The notes below the pieces were generated by a model. The model saw nothing but the letters and a program-made list of their open reading frames with translations. It searched no databases and was not told the origin of the DNA. Source: Thainema sp. (GTDB lineage: Bacteria; Cyanobacteriota; Cyanobacteriia; Phormidesmidales; Phormidesmidaceae). From it: a DNA stretch of 64,000 nucleotides. The stretch is from contig JBQLZK010000015.1 of assembly GCA_052168235.1 (NCBI GenBank), positions 53,475 to 117,474 of the forward strand. The letters are read 5' to 3'. Shown one piece after another: positions 9,119 through 19,062 of this stretch (position 1 is its first letter; each line of letters begins with the position of its first letter). Position numbers and translations under genes: made by a program.

Positions 9119-11338
9119 TCACAACTGATACTCGGAAATGTTGGCGTTGATGCGCCAGTCTAGCAGCGTATATCGCTGGCGATCGCGCACCTGTCCGACT
9201 GCGATCGCAACCGCTTTCTTGGGGCCAACAATAATCGCTAACTGCTTGGCGCGGGTGAGTCCGGTATAGAGCAGATTACGGGTCAGCATCAGGTAGTGCT
9301 GCGTAAACAGCGGCAGAATCACCACCGGATATTCACTGCCTTGCGACTTATGAATCGTGACCGCCCAGGCTAGGGTCAGTTCATTCAAATCGGCTGCGTC
9401 ATAGGTGACCCACCGCTGGTCGTACTGCACCGTCACTGCCTGCTCCTCGGCATCAATCTCGGCGACGGTACCTAAGTCGCCATTGAAGACATCTCGCTCA
9501 TAGTCATTCAACTGCTGCAACACCCGATCGCCCACCCGCAGGATTTGACTGCCGCGATTCAGCTCTGCGGCTTGGGGATGGGCCGGATTCAACCAGGTTT
9601 GCAGCACCTGATTAAGATTACGAGTGCCCATCGTTCCCCGGCGGGAGGGACAGAGGACTTGCACATCGCGGACGGGATTGAAGCCTAAGGTTGGAATCAG
9701 TTCCTGGATTAGGTCTTTCATGCCTTGAATACCTGGTTCCGGTTCCGGTGCTCCGAGCCAGAGGCAGTCGCTACGCGGTCGGGGAGAGACTGATTCCAGC
9801 TGAGGAAAGTCGCCGTGGTTAATTCGGTGGGCATTGACGACAATCTGACTGGCCTGAGCTTGCCGAAACACCTGCGTCAGTCGCACCACGGGAATGCAGC
9901 CGGAGTCGATCAGGTCGCGCAGCACGTTACCGGGGCCAACGCTGGGCAACTGGTCAATATCGCCCACCAGCAGTAAGTGCGCCTGGGTCGGAATCGCTTT
10001 GAGCAGGGCATTGGCCAAAAACAGATCCAGCATGGAGGCTTCATCAATCACGACGGCATCGGTATCTAAGGGGTTGGCTTCATGTCGCTGGAAGCTCAGG
10101 TGGCTGGGATCAAATTCCAAGAGGCGGTGAATGGTTTTAGCCTCTTTGCCCGTCATCTCACTCAGGCGCTGGGCCGCTCGACCGGTGGGAGCCGCCAGCA
10201 GTAGGCGTTTTCCCATCGCGTGCCAGAGGGCAACGATGGTGCGGGTGGTAAAGGTCTTACCGCAGCCGGGGCCGCCAGTCAGAATCAGCACCCGTTGGCT
10301 AGCGGCCATTTCCACGGCTTGCTGTTGTTCGAGGGAGAGCGGCAGACCCGTGGTGTCAATCACACGCTGAATCCAGCGCTGGACACGGGCTACATCGACT
10401 GCTACAGGGTGCGAGAGGAGCAGTTGCACCTGCTGGGCTAGGTGTTGCTCGGCGGCGTAGAAGGCGGGTTTGTAGCAGCAGGCTTGCTCATCGTGATGAT
10501 GCAGGATCAGCTCTTGTTCGCTGGCCATCTGCTCAATCAGCGGGTCTAGGACTTCGGGATGGGGCTGATGATCCTCAATCGTGAGCCGCTTCATCGCTGT
10601 CTGCACCAGTTCTGTTCTGGGCAGATAGCAGTGGCCTTGATCAGCGGCTTCACTCAGGACATGAACCAGTCCGGCCCGGTAGCGGAATTCGGAGTTGGGG
10701 GCAATGCCCAGGTTACGGGCAATCGCATCGGCGGTGACAAAGCCAATGCCGTAGACATCGGTGGCGAGACGATAGGGGTTATGGGTAACAACGGCGATGG
10801 CATCGTTGCCGTAGGTTTTATAGATTTTGACGGCATAGGTGGTGGAGACACCATGACCTTGCAGGAACAGCATCACCTCTTTAATCGCCTGCTGTTCGAT
10901 CCAAGCAGCTTGAATTAGCTCAATCCGTTTGCGCGCGATACCGGGCACTTCAATCAGTCGCTCGATATCCTGTTCAATCACATCCAGCGTTTCTAGGCCA
11001 AAGTGATTGACGATGCGACGAGCGGTGACGGGGCCAACGCCTTTGATTAAGCCGCTGCCGAGGTACTTTTCAATACCGGTCAGAGTGGCGGGTTTGGTTT
11101 CCTGGTAGTGCTTGACTTGAAATTGGCTGCCGTATTTGGGATGTTCTCGCCAGAAGCCGAACAGCTTGAGGGTTTGGCCGGGTTCGATATGGGCAAAGGT
11201 GCCGACAATGGTAATCAGCTCCGGTTCGCTGGTGACGTTGAGGCGAGCGACGGTATAGCCGGTATCATCGGCATGGAAGGTGAGGCGTTCGACAACGCCA
11301 TGCAGATGAATTAGGGCGGGCAGATCGGCAGCAGTCAT
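9119..11338 (-). CDS. recD2: ATP-dependent RecD-like DNA helicase (RecD2)
   Basis: YLGSGLIKGVGP HhH region, Walker A TGGPGCGKT, DEASM, VGDIDQLPSVGPG, TIHKSQGSE and LLYTGLTRAK motifs. Confidence 0.95.
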   Translation of the reverse strand: MTAADLPALIHLHGVVERLTFHADDTGYTVARLNVTSEPELITIVGTFAHIEPGQTLKLFGFWREHPKYGSQFQVKHYQETKPATLTGIEKYLGSGLIKGVGPVTARRIVNHFGLETLDVIEQDIERLIEVPGIARKRIELIQAAWIEQQAIKEVMLFLQGHGVSTTYAVKIYKTYGNDAIAVVTHNPYRLATDVYGIGFVTADAIARNLGIAPNSEFRYRAGLVHVLSEAADQGHCYLPRTELVQTAMKRLTIEDHQPHPEVLDPLIEQMASEQELILHHHDEQACCYKPAFYAAEQHLAQQVQLLLSHPVAVDVARVQRWIQRVIDTTGLPLSLEQQQAVEMAASQRVLILTGGPGCGKTFTTRTIVALWHAMGKRLLLAAPTGRAAQRLSEMTGKEAKTIHRLLEFDPSHLSFQRHEANPLDTDAVVIDEASMLDLFLANALLKAIPTQAHLLLVGDIDQLPSVGPGNVLRDLIDSGCIPVVRLTQVFRQAQASQIVVNAHRINHGDFPQLESVSPRPRSDCLWLGAPEPEPGIQGMKDLIQELIPTLGFNPVRDVQVLCPSRRGTMGTRNLNQVLQTWLNPAHPQAAELNRGSQILRVGDRVLQQLNDYERDVFNGDLGTVAEIDAEEQAVTVQYDQRWVTYDAADLNELTLAWAVTIHKSQGSEYPVVILPLFTQHYLMLTRNLLYTGLTRAKQLAIIVGPKKAVAIAVGQVRDRQRYTLLDWRINANISEYQL

Positions 11339-11435
11339 TAGGGCAGCAATCAGGCAAGAAATGGGGCTGGCTTAATCATAGCGAGGATGAATAAGGACAT
11401 TATCAAAGTGCGATCGCACTTTCAATGTCACAAAC

Positions 11436-11483
11436 TTTATTCGTGTTATTTTGGTTTCATGCAATTTAAGTAACACGAATAAA
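11436..11483. repeat. 48-bp palindromic site, copy B
   Basis: TTTATTCGTGTTATTTTGG-tttcatgcaa-TTTAAGTAACACGAATAAA, preceded by TCACAAAC as in copy C. Confidence 0.85.
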
Positions 11484-11523
11484 TTGTCAGGCGGGCAGTC
11501 ATGTGTAGAGATTGGTTGGAAGG

Positions 11524-11600
11524 TGAGATCGCAACTAAAAAGCCCAATCACGAAGACTAGGCTGAGGTGAGCTTGGTCATGGGGTGGAGTTGCGATCTCA
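11524..11600. repeat. About 77-bp hairpin element with 13-bp terminal inverted repeats; homolog at 58149-58234
   Basis: TGAGATCGCAACT ... AGTTGCGATCTCA. The core ATCACGAAGACTA..GAGGTGA.CTTGGTCATGGG is shared with 58171-58233. Confidence 0.75.
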
Positions 11601-11763
11601 ATTCACAAAGGCAGTGCCAAACTGTTCTACAAGAAAATGGCGCAAGCGCTGATATCCCAACCGAGAATGGCGAAGGGAAACCGCTCAACGTAGACGATCA
11701 GAAAGATGAGCTGCCTCTGGGAGTCCCCCAGCAGAGCTGGGGGTTTACCCGATTAAATTATCT

Positions 11764-13191
11764 TTAATTCCCTTCTGTATTCAGATTAACCATGCTCTGC
11801 TGTACAGCAGCAAGAATTTGCTGTAAATCCGCTTCAGTATGGACAGTCGAGAGAAACCCGCCACCACCCCGCAGTAAGATGCCTTGATGGAGCAAGTGAT
11901 AATAAATCAAATCCGGCTGAGGGACGGTGAGCGAGCCGCTGAAAATCCGAGGTGCTTCTGTCGCAACTGGGCCAAATAGAGAACCAAAATGAGCCATTCG
12001 TATCGGGATATTCTCGGCTGCAAAATAGGTATTCAGTTGCTTAACAAATTGAGCTGTTTTTTGATTCAGGCGTTCTTGTAGCGCTGGACCTTCATCAATG
12101 AGCCGCTGTAGCACAGCATGAGCGGCAGCCATTGCGAGGGGGTGTTTGCAGAAGGTACCTGCAAAAAAGGTAGGCTGGACAGTAGGAGCAGAGGCATCAC
12201 CATAGTTCCACCTGCCACCATCAATCTGATCGAGATATCGGGCTTGACCTGCGATCGCACCAATGGGCAATCCACCACCGATAATTTTTCCGTACGTGGC
12301 TAAATCTGCTTGTACGTCAAACCAGGCTTGTGCACCACCGGGATGAATCCGAAATCCGGTGATCATCTCATCAAAAATTAGGACAATGTCAGCATCACGA
12401 GTGATTTGGCGCAAATCGCGCAGAAAATCGGTGGGCTGGAGGTTAGGCCGAAATGTTTGCACGGGCACGACCAGAACTGCTGCCAGTTCTGAAGCCTGAG
12501 CCTGAATCTGTTCTAGAGCTTGAGGACTGCCGTAGTCCAAAACTAGTACATCTTGCACCATGTTGGTCGGAGTACCAGGTGAGATCGCAACGGTCTGAGG
12601 TTGACCATCAACAGTTTGCTGTTGCGCAAGGGTGCCGTCAAAGTGACCATGATACGAACCCGAAAAGAGGGCAATTTTCGAGCGACCTGTGGCAGCCCGA
12701 GCTAAACGAATCGCGGTCATGACAGCTTCAGTTCCGGTATTGCTGAAGGCGACGCGCTCCATACCAGTCAATTGAGTGATGGCAGTGGCAACGGCTCCAG
12801 CCAGCTCAGTTTGCGGCCCAAGCTGAATACCGCGATCCAGCTGTTCCATCAGAGCAGCTTTAATAAAGGGTGGATTGTGACCAAATAAGTTAACTCCCAT
12901 ACCCATCGTCACATCGATATATTCGTTTCCGTCAATGTCCCAAATCCGCGAACCTTGAGATCGCCCAGCCACAATGGGATAGGCCATTTCTTTAGTGAGC
13001 AAGTTAAAGCCCGATACTGCTCGCTGATCGGCCAGAACGGGACGATAGGTTTCTGCCCAAGCTTTGGAGCGGCGAGTTCGCTGGGTGTAGTCGGCGATCA
13101 GCGCCTCAAGGTGTTGGCGCTGTTGCGGAGACAGTGCTTCAGCCGCTGAGGAGGGGATGAGCTGGGGAGAAGAAAGAGGTGTTGTAGACAT
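11764..13191 (-). CDS. Class III PLP-dependent aminotransferase (PKS/NRPS AMT-domain-like, stand-alone)
   Basis: RIWDIDGNEYID..GVNLFGH, FSNTGTEA, GSYHG, FDEMITGFR and TYGKIIGGG motifs. The KEMAYPIV N-terminus resembles McyE/MycA-type AMT domains. Start placed at MSTTP. Confidence 0.88.
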   Translation of the reverse strand: MSTTPLSSPQLIPSSAAEALSPQQRQHLEALIADYTQRTRRSKAWAETYRPVLADQRAVSGFNLLTKEMAYPIVAGRSQGSRIWDIDGNEYIDVTMGMGVNLFGHNPPFIKAALMEQLDRGIQLGPQTELAGAVATAITQLTGMERVAFSNTGTEAVMTAIRLARAATGRSKIALFSGSYHGHFDGTLAQQQTVDGQPQTVAISPGTPTNMVQDVLVLDYGSPQALEQIQAQASELAAVLVVPVQTFRPNLQPTDFLRDLRQITRDADIVLIFDEMITGFRIHPGGAQAWFDVQADLATYGKIIGGGLPIGAIAGQARYLDQIDGGRWNYGDASAPTVQPTFFAGTFCKHPLAMAAAHAVLQRLIDEGPALQERLNQKTAQFVKQLNTYFAAENIPIRMAHFGSLFGPVATEAPRIFSGSLTVPQPDLIYYHLLHQGILLRGGGGFLSTVHTEADLQQILAAVQQSMVNLNTEGN

Positions 13192-13259
13192 AGAATTTGT
13201 TGGATAAAGGGCGAGTTGTAGGAGAGACGAATAGCGACTCGTCCTCACATGAAAATTTC

Positions 13260-16200
13260 CTAGACTGTTTGAGGCAAGTTAAAGAAGCCGCTGCGACTGA
13301 AATAGGTAAGATAGCGCTGCAACAGTGGCGGATCGATTGCCGGACAAGTGATTGCGCTGTCCATTAGTTCTGTGCAGGTCTTCTGACAGTCGAACTGCCG
13401 ATCGTCAGCATCGAGCGACTGGGCAACCGTGGCTGCTGTTGCTGAGTTCATGGCATTATCTACGGAAGTATCTGCAAACAGAATCATCAATGGATAGAGA
13501 GGATGATCCTGCACTCGATCATCGAGCGTTTTCAGGTGTGATTGCCACTGCTCGGTCAGGGTATGTTGCCACTGCTCATATGAAACAAGTCGTAGGGGAT
13601 AGCTAAGTGCCTGAATCTGCTGCACTAAGCTGCACCAAGAGATCGAGCGGGGGTTGCACAGATGGAATGCCTGCCCCCAAGTGGTTGAACGTTGAGAAAG
13701 ATGCACAATCGCCTGACTGATGTAGTCCACTGGCGTCATATCGACTTGGGTTTCAACTGCCGGAGCACAGCCCAAGTAGAGACAACCCCGCAACATCAGC
13801 GATAAGCGATCGCGCGTATTGCAAATGCCCGTCTGCTGATGACCCAGAATGCGTCCGGGTCGATAAACAGCGACGGGAACACCGCGATCGCAAGCCGTCC
13901 AAAGTAAGTTTTCCGCAACCCATTTACTGCGGGCATAGCCGCCAAGCGGGGGTGGCACTTGGGAAAGATTAGTCTCTTCGGTAATTGCACCTGCCGCAGA
14001 ATCCAATCCCGAAAAGACGCTGAGGGTGGAAACATAGGCAATTGGTTTGAGTTTGACTTGAGTTGCCAACCTGAGCAATGCTTGCGTTCCGAGTACATTG
14101 GCGGCTCGCACAGCGGTGTAGGGATAAGCTAAATTGACCGATGCTCCATTGTGATAAATGCGATCAACTTGATAGGCTAACGCTTGAAATTCTGCCTCGG
14201 TCAAACCTAAGTTAGGCTGCGATAAATCTCCCACCACAGGCGTGATCCGGTCGGCATAATCGTCTCGCCATAGCTGGTAGTGATGAAGATGCTGCCGAAG
14301 CCGCTGTTGAGCGCTGTCGTAATCTGCTGCTCGGATTAGACAGTGAATGTGAGCTGATGTTTGCTGAAGTAGCTCGTGCAGCAGAAACGCTCCCAGGAAT
14401 CCGGTAGCGCCTGTCAGCAGCACATGTTCAGGTTGGGCTGACGGTTCAATTAAATCGGGGGTTGGTTGAATCGTGGTATCTAACTGGAGGTCTTGATGCA
14501 GCAGATCATCACGCTGTTTGAAATCGCACTGTAATGTTCTACTTTGGCACTGATTAATCCGCGCTCTCAGTGCTGCAATAAAGGCTTGCGCCAGAGTGGC
14601 AATAGTTTGTTCGTGATGTTGATGGCGGCTGTACGTCCATTCAACATAGAGCTTGCCGTCAGCAACCAGTCCCACCACTTCAATGAGGTGTGTTCGATGA
14701 TTATGGGAACTGCGCGTCCGCCCTTGCGATTCTTCAGCGGGTTTGAACAGCTTGGACTGGGTAAAGACCTGATCAAACTGTCCCAAATAGTTGAACTTTA
14801 TCTGAGGTTGCGGCAGTTGCATAATCGGTTGCTCAGCAGCCAAATAGCGTAGGGCACCATAGCCAATGCCGCGATTGGGGATGTGCTGGAACTGCGTTTT
14901 GATGGTCTCTAAAGCTGCTTGCCAAGTAGCGATTTGCAGCGGTAAACAGACTGGATAAACCGACGTAAACCAGCCCAACGTGCGAGACAGATCGACCGAT
15001 GAGAACAATGGTTCTCGCCCGTGGCCTTCCAAGTCTACCAATACTGTAGGCTGATTGATCCAGGGCTGAAACGCTTGTGCTAGAGCCGTTAGCAGCACTT
15101 CATTAATATGAGCCTGATCGGCTTGAGGAACAGTCTGGAGTAGAACTTGAGTTTCCGCCGCTGTGAGTTCAACGGTAAACGTCTGAGTCGATGCGATCGC
15201 AGTTTGTTCCTCGGTCACATCCACTGGAATTGCCGTTACTCCAGCCTGTAAATTGGATTGCCAAATTGCTAATTCCTGCTGGAGTTCGGACGACTGAGCA
15301 TACTGCTGAAGCTGGTTTGCCCACTCTTGAAACGAAGTAGTTTTGGCAGGAAGCTGAGCGACTTGCCCCTGACTCAGCTGCCTATAAACCGTCTGAAAGT
15401 CCTCCAGCAGAATCCGCCACGACACCCCATCAATCACTAGATGGTGAACGATAATCAGCAACCGCTGCGGTTGATCTGCACCGAGATTAAACAGCGCGAC
15501 TCTCACTAAATCGCCAGAATCAAGATTGAGATTACCTTGTAAGCGATTGGCATGAGATTCAATGACAGCCGCCTGTTCAGCACCGGGGCAATCAGCCAAG
15601 TCAATGACTTCTAGAACTGGATGAACCCTTGAAGTGGGCAAAATTTCCTGCTGCCATCCGGATTCGGTGTGGACAAAGCGCGATCGCAAATTATCATGAT
15701 GCTCGATTAAATGCTCAATTGTCTGCTCTAAGAGTCCTGAGTCTAATGTTTGACGGCACTCTAGCAGCACGGCCTGATTCCAGTGATGCGGCTGAGCAAA
15801 CTCCTGCTCAAAGAACCAACGTTGAATTGGTGTCAGCGGCACGATTCCAGTTACGTCTCCCTGTTCCGCTTGTGCTTGGCTCTCAGTCCCCGCTACAGAT
15901 GCTAATCCTGCAATAGTCTGATGTTCGAACAGTTGCTTCGGCGTGAGACTCAGCCCAGCTTGATTGGCTTTGGCAATCACTTGAATGCTGAGAATTGAGT
16001 CACCACCGAGACTGAAGAAGTTGTCATGAATGCCAACCTGCTCCAGTCCTAATACGTCTGCCCAGATTTGCGCTAGTACTTGCTCAGCTTGAGTTGTAGG
16101 TGGAGCGTAGGATGACTGAGACTGCAAAGTTTCTGGCACTGGTAGCACTTGCCGATCTACTTTGCCATTGGGTGTGAGCGGTAGTGCATCAAGAACTGCG

Positions 16201-19022
16201 ATCGCACTTGGCACCATATAATCTGGTAACCGCTGGGCAAGATAGTCCTGAAGCGCTTGTGTGTCCTGAGTAGAATTGTTGACAACTACATAGGCGACCA
16301 GTCGCTTTTGCCCTGGTTGGTCTTCTCTTAGTACAACAACTGCACGCTGAACGACTGGATGTTGTTGGAGAACCGATTCAACTTCCCCTAACTCAATCCG
16401 ATAGCCGCGTAGCTTCACCTGATCGTCCATGCGTCCTCGGAACTCAATCGTTCCATCCGCTCGATATACAGCGCGGTCACCTGTTTTGTATAGACGTGAG
16501 GCGTGAGGCGTGAGGCGTGAGGCGTCTAATGGATTGGGAAGGAAGCGTTCGGTGGTCAGGTCAGGTCGATACCAGTAGCCGCGAGCAACCGTTGCACCGC
16601 CGATGTAGAGTTCTCCCGGTACTCCAATCGGCACAGGCTGCTGCTGTTGATCCAAGATATACACCTGGCTATAGGCCAAAGGTTGACCCAGGGGAACAAT
16701 ACCGGACTCCTCGATTGAATTAATCTCGTAGGCTAAAACACCGACAGTGGCTTCAGTGGGGCCATAGTGATTGAGAATGCGGCAGTTGGATAACTCACGG
16801 ATATTCCTAATCAATTCCCAATGTGCCGCTTCACCACCCAGGATGAGGCACTGTTTCGGCAGCACTTGAGCCGGATGAGCAGCGGATGAGATCAAAGCTT
16901 GCAGATGAGAGGGAACGATCTTCAAGCAATCAATTTGATGCTGCTGGTTATAGGCCGCCAGGGCATCGGGATTAGAAGCTCGCTCTGTGCTAATCAGATG
17001 CAAACAGCCACCCGTACAAAGGGCTGAAAAGATAGCTGTATTACCCAGGTCAGCCGCAATGGTAGATACAGAAGCGTAGCTGGCTGATGATGAGAGATTC
17101 AGCCGCTTTTGAATACCATCGAGATAGTTCAGCACATGCCGATGCTCGACGGCAACACCCTTGGGTTGTCCGGTCGAACCAGATGTGTAGATCAGATACG
17201 CCAGATGCTCCGGTTGAATTGAACTGTTAGGGTTTTCGGTGCTGTAACGTGCGATCTCACTCCAGTCTCGATCCAGACAAACCACCTGAGCCGTCGTCTC
17301 TGGTAGCGTGTCGAGTAAGGACGATTGCGTCACAATCACAGGCGCTTGAGCATCATTTAGCCGCTGCATAATTCCTGCTGATGGGAGAGCCGGATCAAGC
17401 GGTAGATAAGCTCCTCCAGCTTTGAGGATACCCAGCAGACCTACCATGAGGTTGCAGGAGCGCTCTAGATAAAGTACGACAGGTGTATCGGCAGTGACGC
17501 CCTGCTGCTGGAGGCAGTGAGCCAGTTGGTTAGCCTGTTGATTCAGTTGAGCATAGCTGAGGTGCTGGTTTTCGTAGACAACGGCTAGCGCATCTGGAAA
17601 TTGAGCGGCTTGAGCTTCAAAGTGCTGATGGATAAAGCCTTCTAGGATTTGTTCAGAAATAGAGGGATTGAACTCGACTAGTACCCGATGTCGCTCGGCA
17701 GCGCTCAGGATCTCCAACTCATCAATGGGACGATCTGGATCTGCGATCGCACTTGCTAAAAGAGTTTGATACTGGCTGGCTAAACGCTCAATCGCATCTG
17801 CCGCTAGGCAATTCGCATCATAATTAAACTCACAGGTGAGACCATTAGCTTGGTGGTGGCACACTAAATGCACCTGATAGCGCTCGATGCAGACCCAGGA
17901 CTGTTGGAGGCTAAATGTGGGACCTGATGCACTCTGAGCCAACGAGGTTTGCCGATAGTCAAACCCAAACGGGAAGAACGAAGGCTCAGGGTTCGGCTGC
18001 CAACCATCCCAGGTGAAGTAGTCCTGCCACTGAGCTACCGTCTCCAGTTGCGCTCTGACCTGCTGCCAAGCCTGATTGAACGAATGCTCTGGCTTCAGCG
18101 AAATGTGAATGGGCAGGTATCGGGTCAAAAGACCGACCGCTGTTTCGAGATCATCATAGTGACGCCCATCAAACGCGGTTCCTACGACTAACTCATATTT
18201 TCCAGAGAGCCGTCCAAGCAGAATCTGCCAAGCCGTCAGCAGAAAGCTTCGCAAATTAGCGTGTCCAGCACTAGCTTTAAGCGATTGAACCAAATCACTA
18301 GATAACTGGATCGAAACGGATTTAGGAAAGAAGGAAGAAATGGCCAAGTGCGATCGCAGATCCCAAGGTAAACGTACTGTCAAAGCATCACCTGGGATTA
18401 CCTGATGCCAATAGTTTCGACCGCTAGCAGTTTCTTCTGACTCCAAAAGTTCATGCTGCCATTCCGCCAAATCTGCATATTGAATTGGCTCATCTCCTGA
18501 TGCTTCCTTGTCGATAGCGTCATAATGGCGACTCAGTTCTTGAACCAATTGCTGAACAGTGGCAGCATCCGCACATAGGCCAGCCAACTTGAGGAGCAAT
18601 GAGGATTCTTGGCTCGACTGACGAATGAGGATAGCTTGCAGTGGTGCTTGCGAGTTCGAGCTGCTGGTGCGGTATAAATTCTGCCAGTACTGTTCAATAG
18701 CGGCTGTTTGTGCCGCTGGTTCTAGCACTTGTAGATCATGACACGAAAACCAATCAGGCTCCGCTGTTGGAGATAGTGGATTGTCAATTATTTGCAGCGG
18801 AATCGTCATGCCCGGTAAGCACTGAAAACTCGTCCGCAGGATTTCATGGCGGTTGATTACCTGACGCAAAGCGTTAATAAGCTTAGCCTGATCCAGATGG
18901 CCATTTAGATGAACTAGGGCTTGAACGTGATAGGGGGCCGCTGGATCAGCTTGTTGGAGACACCACAGGCGCTCTTGCTGGGGGGATAGCCGATATCCCT
19001 CAATCGTTTGGGGTTGCATCAT
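13260..19022 (-). CDS. Terminal NRPS: interface (I)-A(Asp)-T-E-thioester reductase (R)
   Basis: C-like domain lacks HHxxxDG (LAGLCAD). A code read by eye is DLTKIGHVGK (Asp-like). GGDSI T, HHLVIDGVSW E, TGATGFLG and YARSK R motifs. Start placed at MMQPQ rather than 19286. Confidence 0.9.
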   Translation of the reverse strand: MMQPQTIEGYRLSPQQERLWCLQQADPAAPYHVQALVHLNGHLDQAKLINALRQVINRHEILRTSFQCLPGMTIPLQIIDNPLSPTAEPDWFSCHDLQVLEPAAQTAAIEQYWQNLYRTSSSNSQAPLQAILIRQSSQESSLLLKLAGLCADAATVQQLVQELSRHYDAIDKEASGDEPIQYADLAEWQHELLESEETASGRNYWHQVIPGDALTVRLPWDLRSHLAISSFFPKSVSIQLSSDLVQSLKASAGHANLRSFLLTAWQILLGRLSGKYELVVGTAFDGRHYDDLETAVGLLTRYLPIHISLKPEHSFNQAWQQVRAQLETVAQWQDYFTWDGWQPNPEPSFFPFGFDYRQTSLAQSASGPTFSLQQSWVCIERYQVHLVCHHQANGLTCEFNYDANCLAADAIERLASQYQTLLASAIADPDRPIDELEILSAAERHRVLVEFNPSISEQILEGFIHQHFEAQAAQFPDALAVVYENQHLSYAQLNQQANQLAHCLQQQGVTADTPVVLYLERSCNLMVGLLGILKAGGAYLPLDPALPSAGIMQRLNDAQAPVIVTQSSLLDTLPETTAQVVCLDRDWSEIARYSTENPNSSIQPEHLAYLIYTSGSTGQPKGVAVEHRHVLNYLDGIQKRLNLSSSASYASVSTIAADLGNTAIFSALCTGGCLHLISTERASNPDALAAYNQQHQIDCLKIVPSHLQALISSAAHPAQVLPKQCLILGGEAAHWELIRNIRELSNCRILNHYGPTEATVGVLAYEINSIEESGIVPLGQPLAYSQVYILDQQQQPVPIGVPGELYIGGATVARGYWYRPDLTTERFLPNPLDASRLTPHASRLYKTGDRAVYRADGTIEFRGRMDDQVKLRGYRIELGEVESVLQQHPVVQRAVVVLREDQPGQKRLVAYVVVNNSTQDTQALQDYLAQRLPDYMVPSAIAVLDALPLTPNGKVDRQVLPVPETLQSQSSYAPPTTQAEQVLAQIWADVLGLEQVGIHDNFFSLGGDSILSIQVIAKANQAGLSLTPKQLFEHQTIAGLASVAGTESQAQAEQGDVTGIVPLTPIQRWFFEQEFAQPHHWNQAVLLECRQTLDSGLLEQTIEHLIEHHDNLRSRFVHTESGWQQEILPTSRVHPVLEVIDLADCPGAEQAAVIESHANRLQGNLNLDSGDLVRVALFNLGADQPQRLLIIVHHLVIDGVSWRILLEDFQTVYRQLSQGQVAQLPAKTTSFQEWANQLQQYAQSSELQQELAIWQSNLQAGVTAIPVDVTEEQTAIASTQTFTVELTAAETQVLLQTVPQADQAHINEVLLTALAQAFQPWINQPTVLVDLEGHGREPLFSSVDLSRTLGWFTSVYPVCLPLQIATWQAALETIKTQFQHIPNRGIGYGALRYLAAEQPIMQLPQPQIKFNYLGQFDQVFTQSKLFKPAEESQGRTRSSHNHRTHLIEVVGLVADGKLYVEWTYSRHQHHEQTIATLAQAFIAALRARINQCQSRTLQCDFKQRDDLLHQDLQLDTTIQPTPDLIEPSAQPEHVLLTGATGFLGAFLLHELLQQTSAHIHCLIRAADYDSAQQRLRQHLHHYQLWRDDYADRITPVVGDLSQPNLGLTEAEFQALAYQVDRIYHNGASVNLAYPYTAVRAANVLGTQALLRLATQVKLKPIAYVSTLSVFSGLDSAAGAITEETNLSQVPPPLGGYARSKWVAENLLWTACDRGVPVAVYRPGRILGHQQTGICNTRDRLSLMLRGCLYLGCAPAVETQVDMTPVDYISQAIVHLSQRSTTWGQAFHLCNPRSISWCSLVQQIQALSYPLRLVSYEQWQHTLTEQWQSHLKTLDDRVQDHPLYPLMILFADTSVDNAMNSATAATVAQSLDADDRQFDCQKTCTELMDSAITCPAIDPPLLQRYLTYFSRSGFFNLPQTV

Positions 19023-19062
19023 GACGGTTTTCGTGTCTACGTTTGTTTGTAGGATTTCAGTC

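Noticed and set aside
11436..11483. Canonical dif/XerCD site
   Set aside because: The geometry is 19-10-19 rather than 11-6-11, and the arms do not match XerC/XerD consensus.
11426..11490. Tn7/CAST transposon end (TGTCACAAAC...)
   Set aside because: No array of TnsB-like direct repeats, the other copy is in direct rather than inverted orientation, and no tns genes are present.
11726..11744. CCCCCAGCAGAGCTGGGGG hairpin, similar to 59790-59819
   Set aside because: Adequately explained as a terminator-like stem after the aminotransferase. The similarity is short.
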